DNA from: Nitrososphaerota archaeon
GTDB lineage: Archaea > Thermoproteota > Nitrososphaeria > Nitrososphaerales > UBA57
Reading direction: 5' to 3'
DNA length: 32,000 nt
NCBI GenBank assembly: GCA_002713205.1
Contig: PAVW01000009.1
Coordinates: 1 to 32,000, forward strand
Shown: positions 17,659-26,141 of the stretch, one piece after another
Numbering within the stretch: the first letter of the stretch is position 1
Layout of the letters: each line of letters starts with the position of its first letter
Made by a program: the position numbers and the translations under genes
Notes under the pieces: model-generated
What the model was told of the DNA's origin: nothing
Databases searched by the model: none
Seen by the model: the letters and a program-made list of their open reading frames with translations, nothing else

Positions 17659-17754
17659 TCCGACCCGCGGGACCATATTTATTTAAAAATTTAATTAAAA
17701 AATAAAAATATATATGTGTGTGACGGAAACAATCTATAATTAACGGTATAAAAA

Positions 17755-19056
17755 ATGGCAGCTAAACCACATCTTAATTTAATTGTTGCAGGTCATGTAG
17801 ATCAGGGTAAATCTACTATAATTGGTCATCTTTTGGTAGAGCTTAAAGTAATTGATGAACGAACTATTCAGAAATTTGCAGAAGAATCTGAAAAAACTGG
17901 TAAAGGTGATACTTTCAAATACGCTTGGGTTATGGATAATCTCAAAGATGAGCGAGAACGAGGAGTTACAATTGATTTAGCTTTTCAGAGATTCGAATCA
18001 AAAAAATATGATTTTACTTTAATTGATGCTCCTGGACACAGAGATTTTATTAAAAATATGATTACAGGTGCATCTGAAGCTGATTGTGCTATTCTTGTAG
18101 TTTCTGCTAAACCAGGTGAAACTGAAATTGCTATTGGTGTTGGTGGACAGTCAAGAGAACATTGCTTTTTATTAAAAACTCTTGGCGTTAAACAAATGAT
18201 AGTTGCTCTTAATAAAATGGATGATCCTCAAGTTAAATATTCCGAAGAAAGATTTAATGAAGTTAAATCTCAGGTATCTGATTTACTAAAACAAGTTGGT
18301 TTTTCTCCTGATAAAACTCCGATATTACCAGTTTCTGGTTGGAAGGGAGATAACTTAATTGCTAAAGGTAATTTAACTTGGAGCAAAGACCCAACAATTT
18401 ATGAAGCCCTTGATTCTTTTGAAATTGAAGCTCCTCCTATTGATAAACCTTTACGTTTACCTTTACAGGATGTATATTCTATTACTGGTGTAGGAACTGT
18501 TCCCGTTGGACGTGTAGAAACTGGAATGTTTAAAGTTGGCGACACAATTTCCATTAATCCTGGCAATCATTCTGCTGAAGTTAAATCTATAGAAACTCAT
18601 CACACTCCGATTCAAGAAGCAAAGGCAGGAGACAATATTGGTTTTAATTTACGAGGTATTGATAAAGGTACAATTAGACGAGGAGATGTAATTGGTTCTA
18701 AAGATAATCCCCCTACAGTAGTTAAGGAGATAACTGCACAAATAATAGTTGTTCATCATCCTACTGCAATAGCCCCTGGTTATACTCCTGTAATACATGC
18801 CCATACTGCACAAGCTGCTGCTACAATTACAGAGCTTATTTCTAAATTGGATCCACGATCAGGCGGTGTTCTAGAAGAAAAACCAAAATCTTTGAAAACA
18901 GGTGATGCTGCAATTGTAAAAATTCAACCATTACGTCCTTTATGTCTTGAAACATTCAAAGAATTTCCTGAATTAGGACGATTTGCTCTTCGGGATATGG
19001 GTACGACTATTGCTGCAGGCGTTGTTAAAGAAATTAATGCCGAATGGACTGACTAA
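17755..19056 (+). CDS. tuf: Translation elongation factor aEF-1 alpha
   Basis: It has GHVDQGKST (G1), DAPGHRDF (G3) and NKMD (G4), is 433 aa, and has an archaeal/eukaryal-type sequence throughout. Confidence 0.97.
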   Translation: MAAKPHLNLIVAGHVDQGKSTIIGHLLVELKVIDERTIQKFAEESEKTGKGDTFKYAWVMDNLKDERERGVTIDLAFQRFESKKYDFTLIDAPGHRDFIKNMITGASEADCAILVVSAKPGETEIAIGVGGQSREHCFLLKTLGVKQMIVALNKMDDPQVKYSEERFNEVKSQVSDLLKQVGFSPDKTPILPVSGWKGDNLIAKGNLTWSKDPTIYEALDSFEIEAPPIDKPLRLPLQDVYSITGVGTVPVGRVETGMFKVGDTISINPGNHSAEVKSIETHHTPIQEAKAGDNIGFNLRGIDKGTIRRGDVIGSKDNPPTVVKEITAQIIVVHHPTAIAPGYTPVIHAHTAQAAATITELISKLDPRSGGVLEEKPKSLKTGDAAIVKIQPLRPLCLETFKEFPELGRFALRDMGTTIAAGVVKEINAEWTD

Positions 19057-19129
19057 ACAATATTTTTCATTTTCTATAAAATATATTATTAATATTTGAG
19101 TAATATTTATTAATTACTAAATTGTTATT

Positions 19130-20191
19130 TTGCTGCAGATGACATCAATAAGTTTACAATCAATTTCAAAATCATTTGATAATAATAAAAATTTTGCAGT
19201 TAATGATATCACTCTCAAAATTCTCGATAAAGAATTTTTAGTTATTTTGGGTGAATCTGGAAGTGGAAAATCATCTTTATTACGTTTAATTGCAGGTCTT
19301 GAAGAACCTACATTACCTGGCGATATACTCTTTGATTCTAAAAATATGAAAGAGGTACCACCTCGTAATCGTGATGTTTCTATGGTGTTTCAATCATATG
19401 CACTATTTCCTAATATGACTGTTTTTGATAATATTGCTTTTCCTTTAGTTGCTTCTGAAAGTAATAAATTAGATGTTGATACTGAAGTTAAACGAATCTC
19501 CTCTTTACTGAAGATAGAAGATCTTTTAGAAAGAAAACCATCTACACTTAGTGGTGGTGAACAACAGCGTGTGGGTCTTGGACGTGCAATTATAAAACAA
19601 CCTAAAGTTTTCTTAATGGATGAGCCACTGTCTAATCTTGATGCAGCCTTACGTGCTGAATTACGTACTGAAATTAAGAAACTCCACAATAAATTACAAG
19701 TAACTACTGTATATGTTACTCATGATCAGACTGAAGCAATGACTATGGCTGATCGAATTGCTATCCTTAAAGACGGTAAAATAATCCAAGTAGGAACTCC
19801 TGAAGAGATTTATAATAATCCTGCACATTCTTCGACTGCTGAATTTATTGGTTCTCCACCAATGAATTTAATTAAAGTTCAGGCAGATAATAATATATTA
19901 ACTGTTGGTTCTCAAAAGATTGCTTTCAGCAATTCTGCATCTGGTTCTATTGTTATGGGTCTGCGACCTGAAAATATAACTGTTGTAGGAAATAACGGAA
20001 AACTTTCTGGTACTGTATCATTCTTTGAATATCTTGGTGATAGTAAAATAATTAATCTAACTATCGAAGACGAACTAATTAAAATCAAAGTGTCTGATAC
20101 TACTGGTATATCAATAGGTGACAAACTATCTATTGATTTCAATGTTGAAGATATTCGTTTGTTTCATGTAAATGGAAATTCTATGAAGTGA
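19130..20191 (+). CDS. ABC transporter ATP-binding protein (MalK/UgpC-like with C-terminal regulatory/TOBE-like domain)
   Basis: It has Walker A GESGSGKSS, the signature LSGGEQQR, Walker B VFLMDEPLS and the H-loop VTHD. The start is TTG at 19130 or ATG at 19139. Confidence 0.9.
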   Translation: MLQMTSISLQSISKSFDNNKNFAVNDITLKILDKEFLVILGESGSGKSSLLRLIAGLEEPTLPGDILFDSKNMKEVPPRNRDVSMVFQSYALFPNMTVFDNIAFPLVASESNKLDVDTEVKRISSLLKIEDLLERKPSTLSGGEQQRVGLGRAIIKQPKVFLMDEPLSNLDAALRAELRTEIKKLHNKLQVTTVYVTHDQTEAMTMADRIAILKDGKIIQVGTPEEIYNNPAHSSTAEFIGSPPMNLIKVQADNNILTVGSQKIAFSNSASGSIVMGLRPENITVVGNNGKLSGTVSFFEYLGDSKIINLTIEDELIKIKVSDTTGISIGDKLSIDFNVEDIRLFHVNGNSMK

Positions 20192-20195
20192 TTTA

Positions 20196-21077
20196 ATGAA
20201 AACACCATATGGATTTTTAATTCCTACTTTATTTCTTATTTTTTTAGTAGGAATTGGTCCTGTTTTACAATCGTTTCTTCTTAGTTTGTCAGAATTTTCT
20301 TTATTAAATCCATCTATGAGTCCTGTTGGCTTTCATAATTATATTGCTTTATTAACTGATTCTATTTTTTGGAATGCTATTCAAGTAACTCTCTTTTTGG
20401 TAATTGGTTCTGTCTTACTTGAACTAATTGTAGGTATATTTCTGGCATTACTTATAACTAATTCTGGCTCAAGAAGCAGACGTGTGTTTTCATCAATTTT
20501 TGTCATTCCAATAGCTATTGCTCCAATTGTTACTGGCATTCTTTGGTCTCCTAATTCTGTCTTTGATGATCTCAATACTTTGCTTTATTATGGTTTATCT
20601 CTTGGAGCCTATATCGATACATCCATTCCTAGTACCTATTACTCTTTAATTATGATTTCTGATGCATACATTTGGGCTCCTTTGTTTATGCTTGTAACTG
20701 TTGCTATAATACACTCTATTCCAAAGGAACTCTATGAGGCTGCAGACGTGATGGGTGCTTCAGCATGGACTAAGTTTCAAAAAATTACTTTTCCTGCAAT
20801 CATATCTTCTCCCATTATAGTTGTGACTCTGCTTCTTAGAACTGCAGACGCATTCAGAATGTTTGAAGTTCCATATGCTTGGAGTTTTTGGCTTGGTCAA
20901 GATTCCATTCTTGGTTCACCTGTTGATACCGTTAGTGTATTAATGTGGAAAATGTTTTCATCTACGTTATACGACTTTCCTATCGCTCAAATTACAGCTA
21001 TGGCTATTGTTTTGCTTATTATTACCTTGGCTACTTGTTCATTAGTCTTAAGGAGATATTCTAATGTATTGGAGTGA
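20196..21077 (+). CDS. ABC transporter permease (CUT1/MalF-UgpA-like)
   Basis: It is a 293 aa polytopic protein with the EAA loop YEAADVMGASAWTKFQKITFPAI. Confidence 0.85.
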   Translation: MKTPYGFLIPTLFLIFLVGIGPVLQSFLLSLSEFSLLNPSMSPVGFHNYIALLTDSIFWNAIQVTLFLVIGSVLLELIVGIFLALLITNSGSRSRRVFSSIFVIPIAIAPIVTGILWSPNSVFDDLNTLLYYGLSLGAYIDTSIPSTYYSLIMISDAYIWAPLFMLVTVAIIHSIPKELYEAADVMGASAWTKFQKITFPAIISSPIIVVTLLLRTADAFRMFEVPYAWSFWLGQDSILGSPVDTVSVLMWKMFSSTLYDFPIAQITAMAIVLLIITLATCSLVLRRYSNVLE

Positions 21078-21083
21078 TTTGTT

Positions 21084-21959
21084 TTGAGTCAATTTAAAAA
21101 AAATAACACACGATATATTCGCTATATGCTTTTACTAGCTGCATCTCTTTGGGTTTTATGGCCAATTTCAATTATGATCGAAGAAGGATTTCGTGTAGAC
21201 ATAGGACCTTTATTTTCAGGTCGCGGTGCAAGTTTTATCGGTGAATTTTTTCAAGGCCAAGGCGGAATAAGATTTTCTACTATTGAATATGTTAAAGCAT
21301 TAAGAATTGAGGCATATCCTCGTTTATTAATTAATAGTGTTATTATTGCTGGCAGCAGTGTGTTAGTTGCTGCACTAGCAGGAGTGCCTGCTGCATTCAC
21401 ATTGGCTTTGTATAATTTTCGTGGGAAACCATTTATTACTTATTCTTTGTTAGCCTTGAGAACTATATCTCCATTTGCTGTACTACTTCCATTTTTCCTT
21501 ATTTATGGCAGACTGGGTCTCTTTGATACTTATCGCGGGATGGCTATTGTTTATTTAATAATTAATCTTCCTGTTTTGACTTTAATGATGAGAGGTTTCT
21601 TTAAAGATATTCCTAAGGAAATATATGAAGCTGCATTTATTTCCGGCGCATCTAATTCGTATGTACTTAGAAGAGTTGCATTGCCTTTGGCTCTGCCTGG
21701 TCTTGCAGCTGCTGCAGTTTTTGCATTTGTTGGTACTTGGAATGAATTCTTTTACGCATTGTTTTTAACTGGTACAGTTACTAAAACTGTTTCACGTGGA
21801 GTATGGTCTGGTTTTTCTGAATCTATTGAATCATTTAAAATACTAGAATTTGATGAGCTTAATGCAGGTGGAACTCTAGCAATTATTCCTGCAGTTATTT
21901 TGGCTCTCGCCGTTCAGAAATACTTAGCAAGAGGGCTAACTCTTGGAGCTGCCAAGTAG
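21084..21959 (+). CDS. ABC transporter permease (CUT1/MalG-UgpE-like)
   Basis: It is 291 aa with the EAA loop YEAAFISGASNSYVLRRVALPLALPG followed by WNEFFYALFL. It has a TTG start. Confidence 0.85.
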   Translation: MSQFKKNNTRYIRYMLLLAASLWVLWPISIMIEEGFRVDIGPLFSGRGASFIGEFFQGQGGIRFSTIEYVKALRIEAYPRLLINSVIIAGSSVLVAALAGVPAAFTLALYNFRGKPFITYSLLALRTISPFAVLLPFFLIYGRLGLFDTYRGMAIVYLIINLPVLTLMMRGFFKDIPKEIYEAAFISGASNSYVLRRVALPLALPGLAAAAVFAFVGTWNEFFYALFLTGTVTKTVSRGVWSGFSESIESFKILEFDELNAGGTLAIIPAVILALAVQKYLARGLTLGAAK

Positions 21960-23365
21960 TGCCCAATATTAACAAAAATTATATTGCTGTAGTTCTAGTA
22001 GCTGTTCTTTTTTTAGGAACTATAGCTTCATATTTTGCATTAGATCAACCAGATTCTGAAGAAATTATTCTTCCAGATGATAGAAATGCATTGATAGCTC
22101 TTGCACAAGAATATGAAACTTTGAATGTATTTGTTGACAAGGAAATTTATAATGAACAATTTTTTAATTTTGTTAGTGAGGATTTTTTAGAAAAATATGG
22201 AATTAATTTAATTATCACTACAGGTCATTGGTCTGGTGTACAAACACAATTAATTAATGAAAAAGTATCTGGTAGAAATATTGGTTCATATGACTTGATA
22301 ATTCTAAATGATGAGGCTACTGCTAGAATAACTGAAAAAAAATTATTGTATTCTGAAACTAGTAATTTTATTGATAATCCAGACACTACACACATACTTC
22401 AATCAAAAATTTCAGGTGTTGTTAACGATGGATCTGTAATAACATTATGGTTTGATACATATGTCTTTATGTATAATTCTGATGAATTTTATAAATTTGA
22501 AAACGTTTACTGTTTACTTGAATTAGTTGGCGAAGAAGAAGATGATGATGATGATGACGGAAGTGAAAGCGGAGAGGACGCAAGTGAAAGCGGAGAGGAT
22601 GAAGCAAGTGAAGATGATGACGATGACGACGAATCACGTTGTTTAGATGATGACGATGGCGCAAGTGAAAGCGGAGAGGATGGCGCAAGTGAAAGCGGAG
22701 AGGATGATGCAAGTGAAGATGATGACGATGAAGAAGTTGAAGGACTATTATTTCCTAATCCTGTAGAAAGTAATGCAGGTGCTGCTCTAGTTGTTAATGC
22801 TGTTTTGTATTATAGTGATTCTAATTACTACAATGGATATGATAATTCTCTTGAATCTGAATGGCCAGAACTTTTAAATTTTGAAATTGAAGACGAACCT
22901 GAAATGGAGGAAATGGACGAACTCTTTGGGGAAATTGAACCTGAAATAATAATTGATTCTATTCTTGAAGCCTTTGATGAAGAAGAAGTTCTAGTCGGTT
23001 ATTTCCGATATGGTTCTATTTTGTTAGAATCTCTTGAAATGAATATTGATGATGAAATTGAGATTTATATTGCACATGAAGGAAGTATGAAATCTAATGT
23101 TCATTCTTCTATTCCATTTAATGCAGAAAACAAAGCTGGCGCAATTTTGCTTATTAATGAAATTCTTGGCGATGAAATTCAGACTCAAATAGCGTATTTT
23201 TATGGAAGTTTTCCCTCTGCTAATATTGATCTTTTTGATAATATTTTCGATGATACTCAATTCTGGATTCCTAGCGATGAAATCATTTCACAGCTATTTG
23301 ATTGGCCACATTATAAATATAAGATAAATATTCTTAATATGTGGCGAGTCTTATTTGAGGGTTAA
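21959..23365 (+). CDS. Membrane-anchored, highly acidic protein; candidate solute-binding component of the ABC transporter
   Basis: The GTG start overlaps the permease stop (TAGTG). It has an N-terminal hydrophobic anchor (YIAVVLVAVLFLGTIASYF) and is 468 aa. The binding-protein role is inferred from operon position and vague SBP-like segments only. Confidence 0.4.
   Translation: MPNINKNYIAVVLVAVLFLGTIASYFALDQPDSEEIILPDDRNALIALAQEYETLNVFVDKEIYNEQFFNFVSEDFLEKYGINLIITTGHWSGVQTQLINEKVSGRNIGSYDLIILNDEATARITEKKLLYSETSNFIDNPDTTHILQSKISGVVNDGSVITLWFDTYVFMYNSDEFYKFENVYCLLELVGEEEDDDDDDGSESGEDASESGEDEASEDDDDDDESRCLDDDDGASESGEDGASESGEDDASEDDDDEEVEGLLFPNPVESNAGAALVVNAVLYYSDSNYYNGYDNSLESEWPELLNFEIEDEPEMEEMDELFGEIEPEIIIDSILEAFDEEEVLVGYFRYGSILLESLEMNIDDEIEIYIAHEGSMKSNVHSSIPFNAENKAGAILLINEILGDEIQTQIAYFYGSFPSANIDLFDNIFDDTQFWIPSDEIISQLFDWPHYKYKINILNMWRVLFEG
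22531..22740 (+). repeat. In-frame polyacidic tandem/nested repeat (SESGED units flanked by poly-D/E)
   Basis: The 17-nt core agtgaaagcggagagga occurs four times exactly, starting at 22562, 22583, 22664 and 22688. The spacings are 21 and 24 nt, inside a higher-order duplication of about 102 nt. It encodes GSESGEDASESGEDEASEDDDDDDE and GASESGEDGASESGEDDASEDDDDEE. Confidence 0.9.
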
Positions 23366-23368
23366 ACT

Positions 23369-23812
23369 ATGATTGATTCTATAATTACTTTTTTTACTAA
23401 TTTTTTAAATAAATTCAATAAAAAAAATGTTACAGTTTTATTTTTATTGCTTGTATTTTTATCTGTTTATTCTCTACGAGCAAATGCAATGAACTTGAGT
23501 AGTGAATACGCTTCCGATTTGGAATCTGATATCCAAAATATTCCACAAGATCAACTTTACAATACAACCTTTCTTACTGATGTACCAGTATCAGTTTTGA
23601 CGATTGAAGGAAATGGAAAATCCATTGTTGTAACATATGTGACACTTGTTAACTTAATTTCAGGTGAATTTGTAATAGACCTTAGTAATAATAATGAATT
23701 TAATTCCATTGTTGTGGAACATTATTTCTTGCCAGGTACCTATGAAGTGTCTGTTACTATTGAAAATGATGTTTTATTCTTATCGTATGCACGTGATATC
23801 CGAGTAAATTAA
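23369..23812 (+). CDS. Hypothetical membrane-anchored/secreted protein, last gene of the ABC operon
   Basis: It is 147 aa and starts 3 nt after the preceding stop. It has an N-terminal hydrophobic segment (VTVLFLLLVFLSVYSL). I recognise no motif. Confidence 0.45.
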   Translation: MIDSIITFFTNFLNKFNKKNVTVLFLLLVFLSVYSLRANAMNLSSEYASDLESDIQNIPQDQLYNTTFLTDVPVSVLTIEGNGKSIVVTYVTLVNLISGEFVIDLSNNNEFNSIVVEHYFLPGTYEVSVTIENDVLFLSYARDIRVN

Positions 23813-23844
23813 CAACACTTTGTTGGATTTTCATAATTCATTAG

Positions 23845-24246
23845 CTATTTTTTAACACTTTTGTTAATATGGTCTATTATAGTTTCCATTGAAGTACCTG
23901 GTCCAAAATTGCCAGATATGCCTTGATTCTCTAGTTCATTTTTATCTTCTTCTGGTATTATTCCTCCTCCTATTATTGCTATATCATTGATGCCTTTACT
24001 TTCTAGCTGTTTCTTTACTTCTGGAAATGCTGTTAAATGTGCTCCATTATGTGAACTTAGGGCTATTGCATCCACATCTTCATCTATTGCTATTTGCGCT
24101 ACTTTTTGCGGTGTTGGAAGAAGACCGCTATATATCACTTCCATCCCTGCATCTCTTAATGCTCTGCAAAGAACTAGTACTCCTCTGTCATGGGCATCTA
24201 ATCCTGGTTTTGCCACTAAAATTCTTATTTTCTTTTTTGACGACAT
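23845..24246 (-). CDS. Methylmalonyl-CoA mutase, small subunit (cobalamin-binding domain)
   Basis: It is 133 aa with the B12-binding DxHxxG motif (GLDAHDRGV). It lies directly downstream of the catalytic subunit. Confidence 0.9.
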   Translation of the reverse strand: MSSKKKIRILVAKPGLDAHDRGVLVLCRALRDAGMEVIYSGLLPTPQKVAQIAIDEDVDAIALSSHNGAHLTAFPEVKKQLESKGINDIAIIGGGIIPEEDKNELENQGISGNFGPGTSMETIIDHINKSVKK

Positions 24247-24267
24247 TTAATTTCACAAATCAATTCA

Positions 24268-26010
24268 TTAAAATATAGATGGCTCAGTCCATTCACCAAA
24301 CACATCTCTCCCAATATCTATAATTTCTTGTAATGTGGCATATGAATTTACTGCTTCTATAGTAGGATACATACAATTTTCATTTTCATTTGAATAGGCT
24401 TTTCTTAAACGTTCTAATGATTCTTTTACTTTGTTATTGTTTCTCTCATTTTTTATTTTTTTCAATCTTTTAATTTGAATTTCTTGTGCTTTGAGATCTA
24501 CTCTTAAAGTATCTATTGGTTTATCCTCTTTTTCATTATATTTATTTACACCTACAATGATATCTTGATCTTTTTCAATTTTTAATTGTGTTTTATATGC
24601 AGTTTCTGCTATTTCTTTTTGCAAATATCCATTTTTAATTGCATTAACTACGCCGCCCATTGAATCAATTTTATCAAAGTATTGATAAGCTTGTTCTTCC
24701 ATTTTATCTGTTAACCATTCTATATAGTATGATCCGCCTAATGGATCTGCTGTAGCTGTTACTCCCGTTTCTTCTGCTATTATTTGCTGTGTTCGCAGAG
24801 CTATTTTTACGGCATCTTCTGTTGGTAGTGCCCATGCTTCATCATATGAATTTGTATGTAATGATTGCGTTCCTCCTAAAACCCCTGCCAATGCCTCTAT
24901 TGTGGTTCGAATAATGTTATTCATTGGTTGTTGCCAGGTTAGTGACGCACCCGATGTTTGTGTATGAAATCTTAATAATAATGATCTTTTATCTTTAACT
25001 CCGTATTTTTCTTTTAATACAGTTGCCCAAATTCTTCTGGCCGCTCTAAATTTTGCTATTTCCTCACAAAAATTCATACAACAATTAAAGAAAAACGATA
25101 AACGCGGTGCAAATTTTTCAATTTTTAATCCTGCTTGTTGTCCTAATTCAAGATAAGTAAATCCATTTGCTAATGTAAATGCCAATTCTTGAACTGCATT
25201 TGATCCTGCTTCTCTAATGTGATATCCACTTATGCTAATATAATTCCAATTTGGCATTTCTTTTGTACAATATTCCATCATATCTTTAATTATTCTCATG
25301 TGCGCATCAGGTGGATATGCCCACTCTTTTTGTGCGATGTATTCTTTGAGAATATCCGTTTGCACTGTTCCTCTTAATGTATTTATTTGTATGTTATTCT
25401 TTTTTGCCACAGTAGCATACATTGCAGTGAGTACAGATGCAGGGGCATTTATTGTCATAGAAGTACTTACTTTATCTAATGGAATTCCATCTAGCAATAT
25501 CTCCATGTCTTTTAATGATGATATATTACAACCACATTTACCTACTTCACCCGCACATCTCTCATTATCCGCATCATATCCATACAACGTAGGCATGTCA
25601 AATGCAATACTTAGGCCTGTTTGACCCTGTTTGACAAGATATTTCAATCTTTTATTTGTATCATTTGGTGTACCAAATCCTGAAAACATTCTCATTGTCC
25701 ATTTTTTACCTCTATACATATCAGGGTAAGGGCCTCTAGTGAATGGATAAGAACCAGGAAAATATTGATTAGAATAATCAGCTGAATCTAGTGGCGTGTA
25801 AATTGTTTTTATTTCATCATCGAAGGTTGTATTTTGATTAGTAGACTGGTTAGATTTATTCACCCATGGCTCCAAAATATTTTTTTCCCATTCTGAAAGC
25901 TGATTTTTTAATTTTTCAAATGACTCATTATTTATAGTACTGTTATTTACTTGATTCTTTTTTCTATTTTCCTCTAGTTTGTATTTCCAATAATTGTTTA
26001 TTTTGAGCAA
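24268..26010 (-). CDS. Methylmalonyl-CoA mutase, large catalytic subunit
   Basis: It is 580 aa with YTPLD...FTRGPYPDMYRGKKWTMRMFSGFG and RFHTQTSG regions typical of the MCM TIM-barrel domain. The only available start for the conserved N-terminus is TTG at 26010. Confidence 0.9.
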   Translation of the reverse strand: MLKINNYWKYKLEENRKKNQVNNSTINNESFEKLKNQLSEWEKNILEPWVNKSNQSTNQNTTFDDEIKTIYTPLDSADYSNQYFPGSYPFTRGPYPDMYRGKKWTMRMFSGFGTPNDTNKRLKYLVKQGQTGLSIAFDMPTLYGYDADNERCAGEVGKCGCNISSLKDMEILLDGIPLDKVSTSMTINAPASVLTAMYATVAKKNNIQINTLRGTVQTDILKEYIAQKEWAYPPDAHMRIIKDMMEYCTKEMPNWNYISISGYHIREAGSNAVQELAFTLANGFTYLELGQQAGLKIEKFAPRLSFFFNCCMNFCEEIAKFRAARRIWATVLKEKYGVKDKRSLLLRFHTQTSGASLTWQQPMNNIIRTTIEALAGVLGGTQSLHTNSYDEAWALPTEDAVKIALRTQQIIAEETGVTATADPLGGSYYIEWLTDKMEEQAYQYFDKIDSMGGVVNAIKNGYLQKEIAETAYKTQLKIEKDQDIIVGVNKYNEKEDKPIDTLRVDLKAQEIQIKRLKKIKNERNNNKVKESLERLRKAYSNENENCMYPTIEAVNSYATLQEIIDIGRDVFGEWTEPSIF

Positions 26011-26141
26011 ATTGACCTTAATTTATAGTCATATTTTACGTTAATTAATTTTTGGAATAAATAAAAAAAAATTCGTCAAATATCTAACTTCTTACACATA
26101 AAATGTAATAATAAATACTTTGTATACAATAACAGGAAGCC

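Larger units (their letters stand above)
17475..17675 (+). tRNA. tRNA-Tyr (anticodon GUA) with five BHB introns; 77-nt mature product including encoded CCA
   Basis: Hand-folded.
- Exons: 17475-17483, 17507-17520, 17535-17549, 17593-17608, 17631-17636 and 17659-17675.
- Joined sequence: CCCGCGG UA GCUC AGCUUGGUA GAGC U UCCGG CUGUAGA CCGGA CUGUC GUCGG UUCAAAU CCGAC CCGCGGG A CCA.
- All four stems are fully Watson-Crick.
- Conserved positions U8, A14, G18G19, U33, G53-C61 and U54U55C56 are present.
- C1-G72 plus A73 is the archaeal tRNATyr identity set.
- The layout closely parallels the M. jannaschii tRNATyr sequence as I remember it.
- Coordinates may be off by 1 nt. Confidence 0.9.

Noticed and set aside
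17465-17675. I first read the GC-rich island as SRP (7S) RNA or RNase P RNA. It has a GGCUGUAGUGG string like human SRP helix 5, an ACAGGAACCGGAC string vaguely like RNase P CR-V, and a long hairpin architecture.
   Set aside because: At about 200 nt it is too short. I found no helix-8 GGAA/AGCA motif and no CR-I GGAAAGUCC. Every GC-rich block is fully explained as a tRNA-Tyr exon or a BHB helix.
19390-20575. Minus-strand ORFs 19390-19689, 19912-20142 and 20381-20575.
   Set aside because: They lie antisense within the ABC ATPase and permease genes.
22467-22712. An 81-aa His/Arg/Leu-rich minus-strand ORF (HHPLRFHLRH...).
   Set aside because: It is the antisense reading of the GA-rich acidic repeat, an artefact of low-complexity sequence inside a plus-strand gene.
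22531-22740. I asked whether the short exact repeats could be a CRISPR array or a mobile-element terminus.
   Set aside because: The repeats are 17-24 nt, in frame, contiguous and without unique spacers, and they lie inside a long ORF. This is a coding low-complexity expansion. I saw no CRISPR-like array, transposase, integrase or terminal inverted repeats anywhere in the window.
23024-25624. ORFs 23024-23260 (minus strand), 23987-24250 and 24027-24278 (plus strand), and 25298-25624 (plus strand).
   Set aside because: They lie antisense within the acidic protein gene and the two MCM subunit genes.
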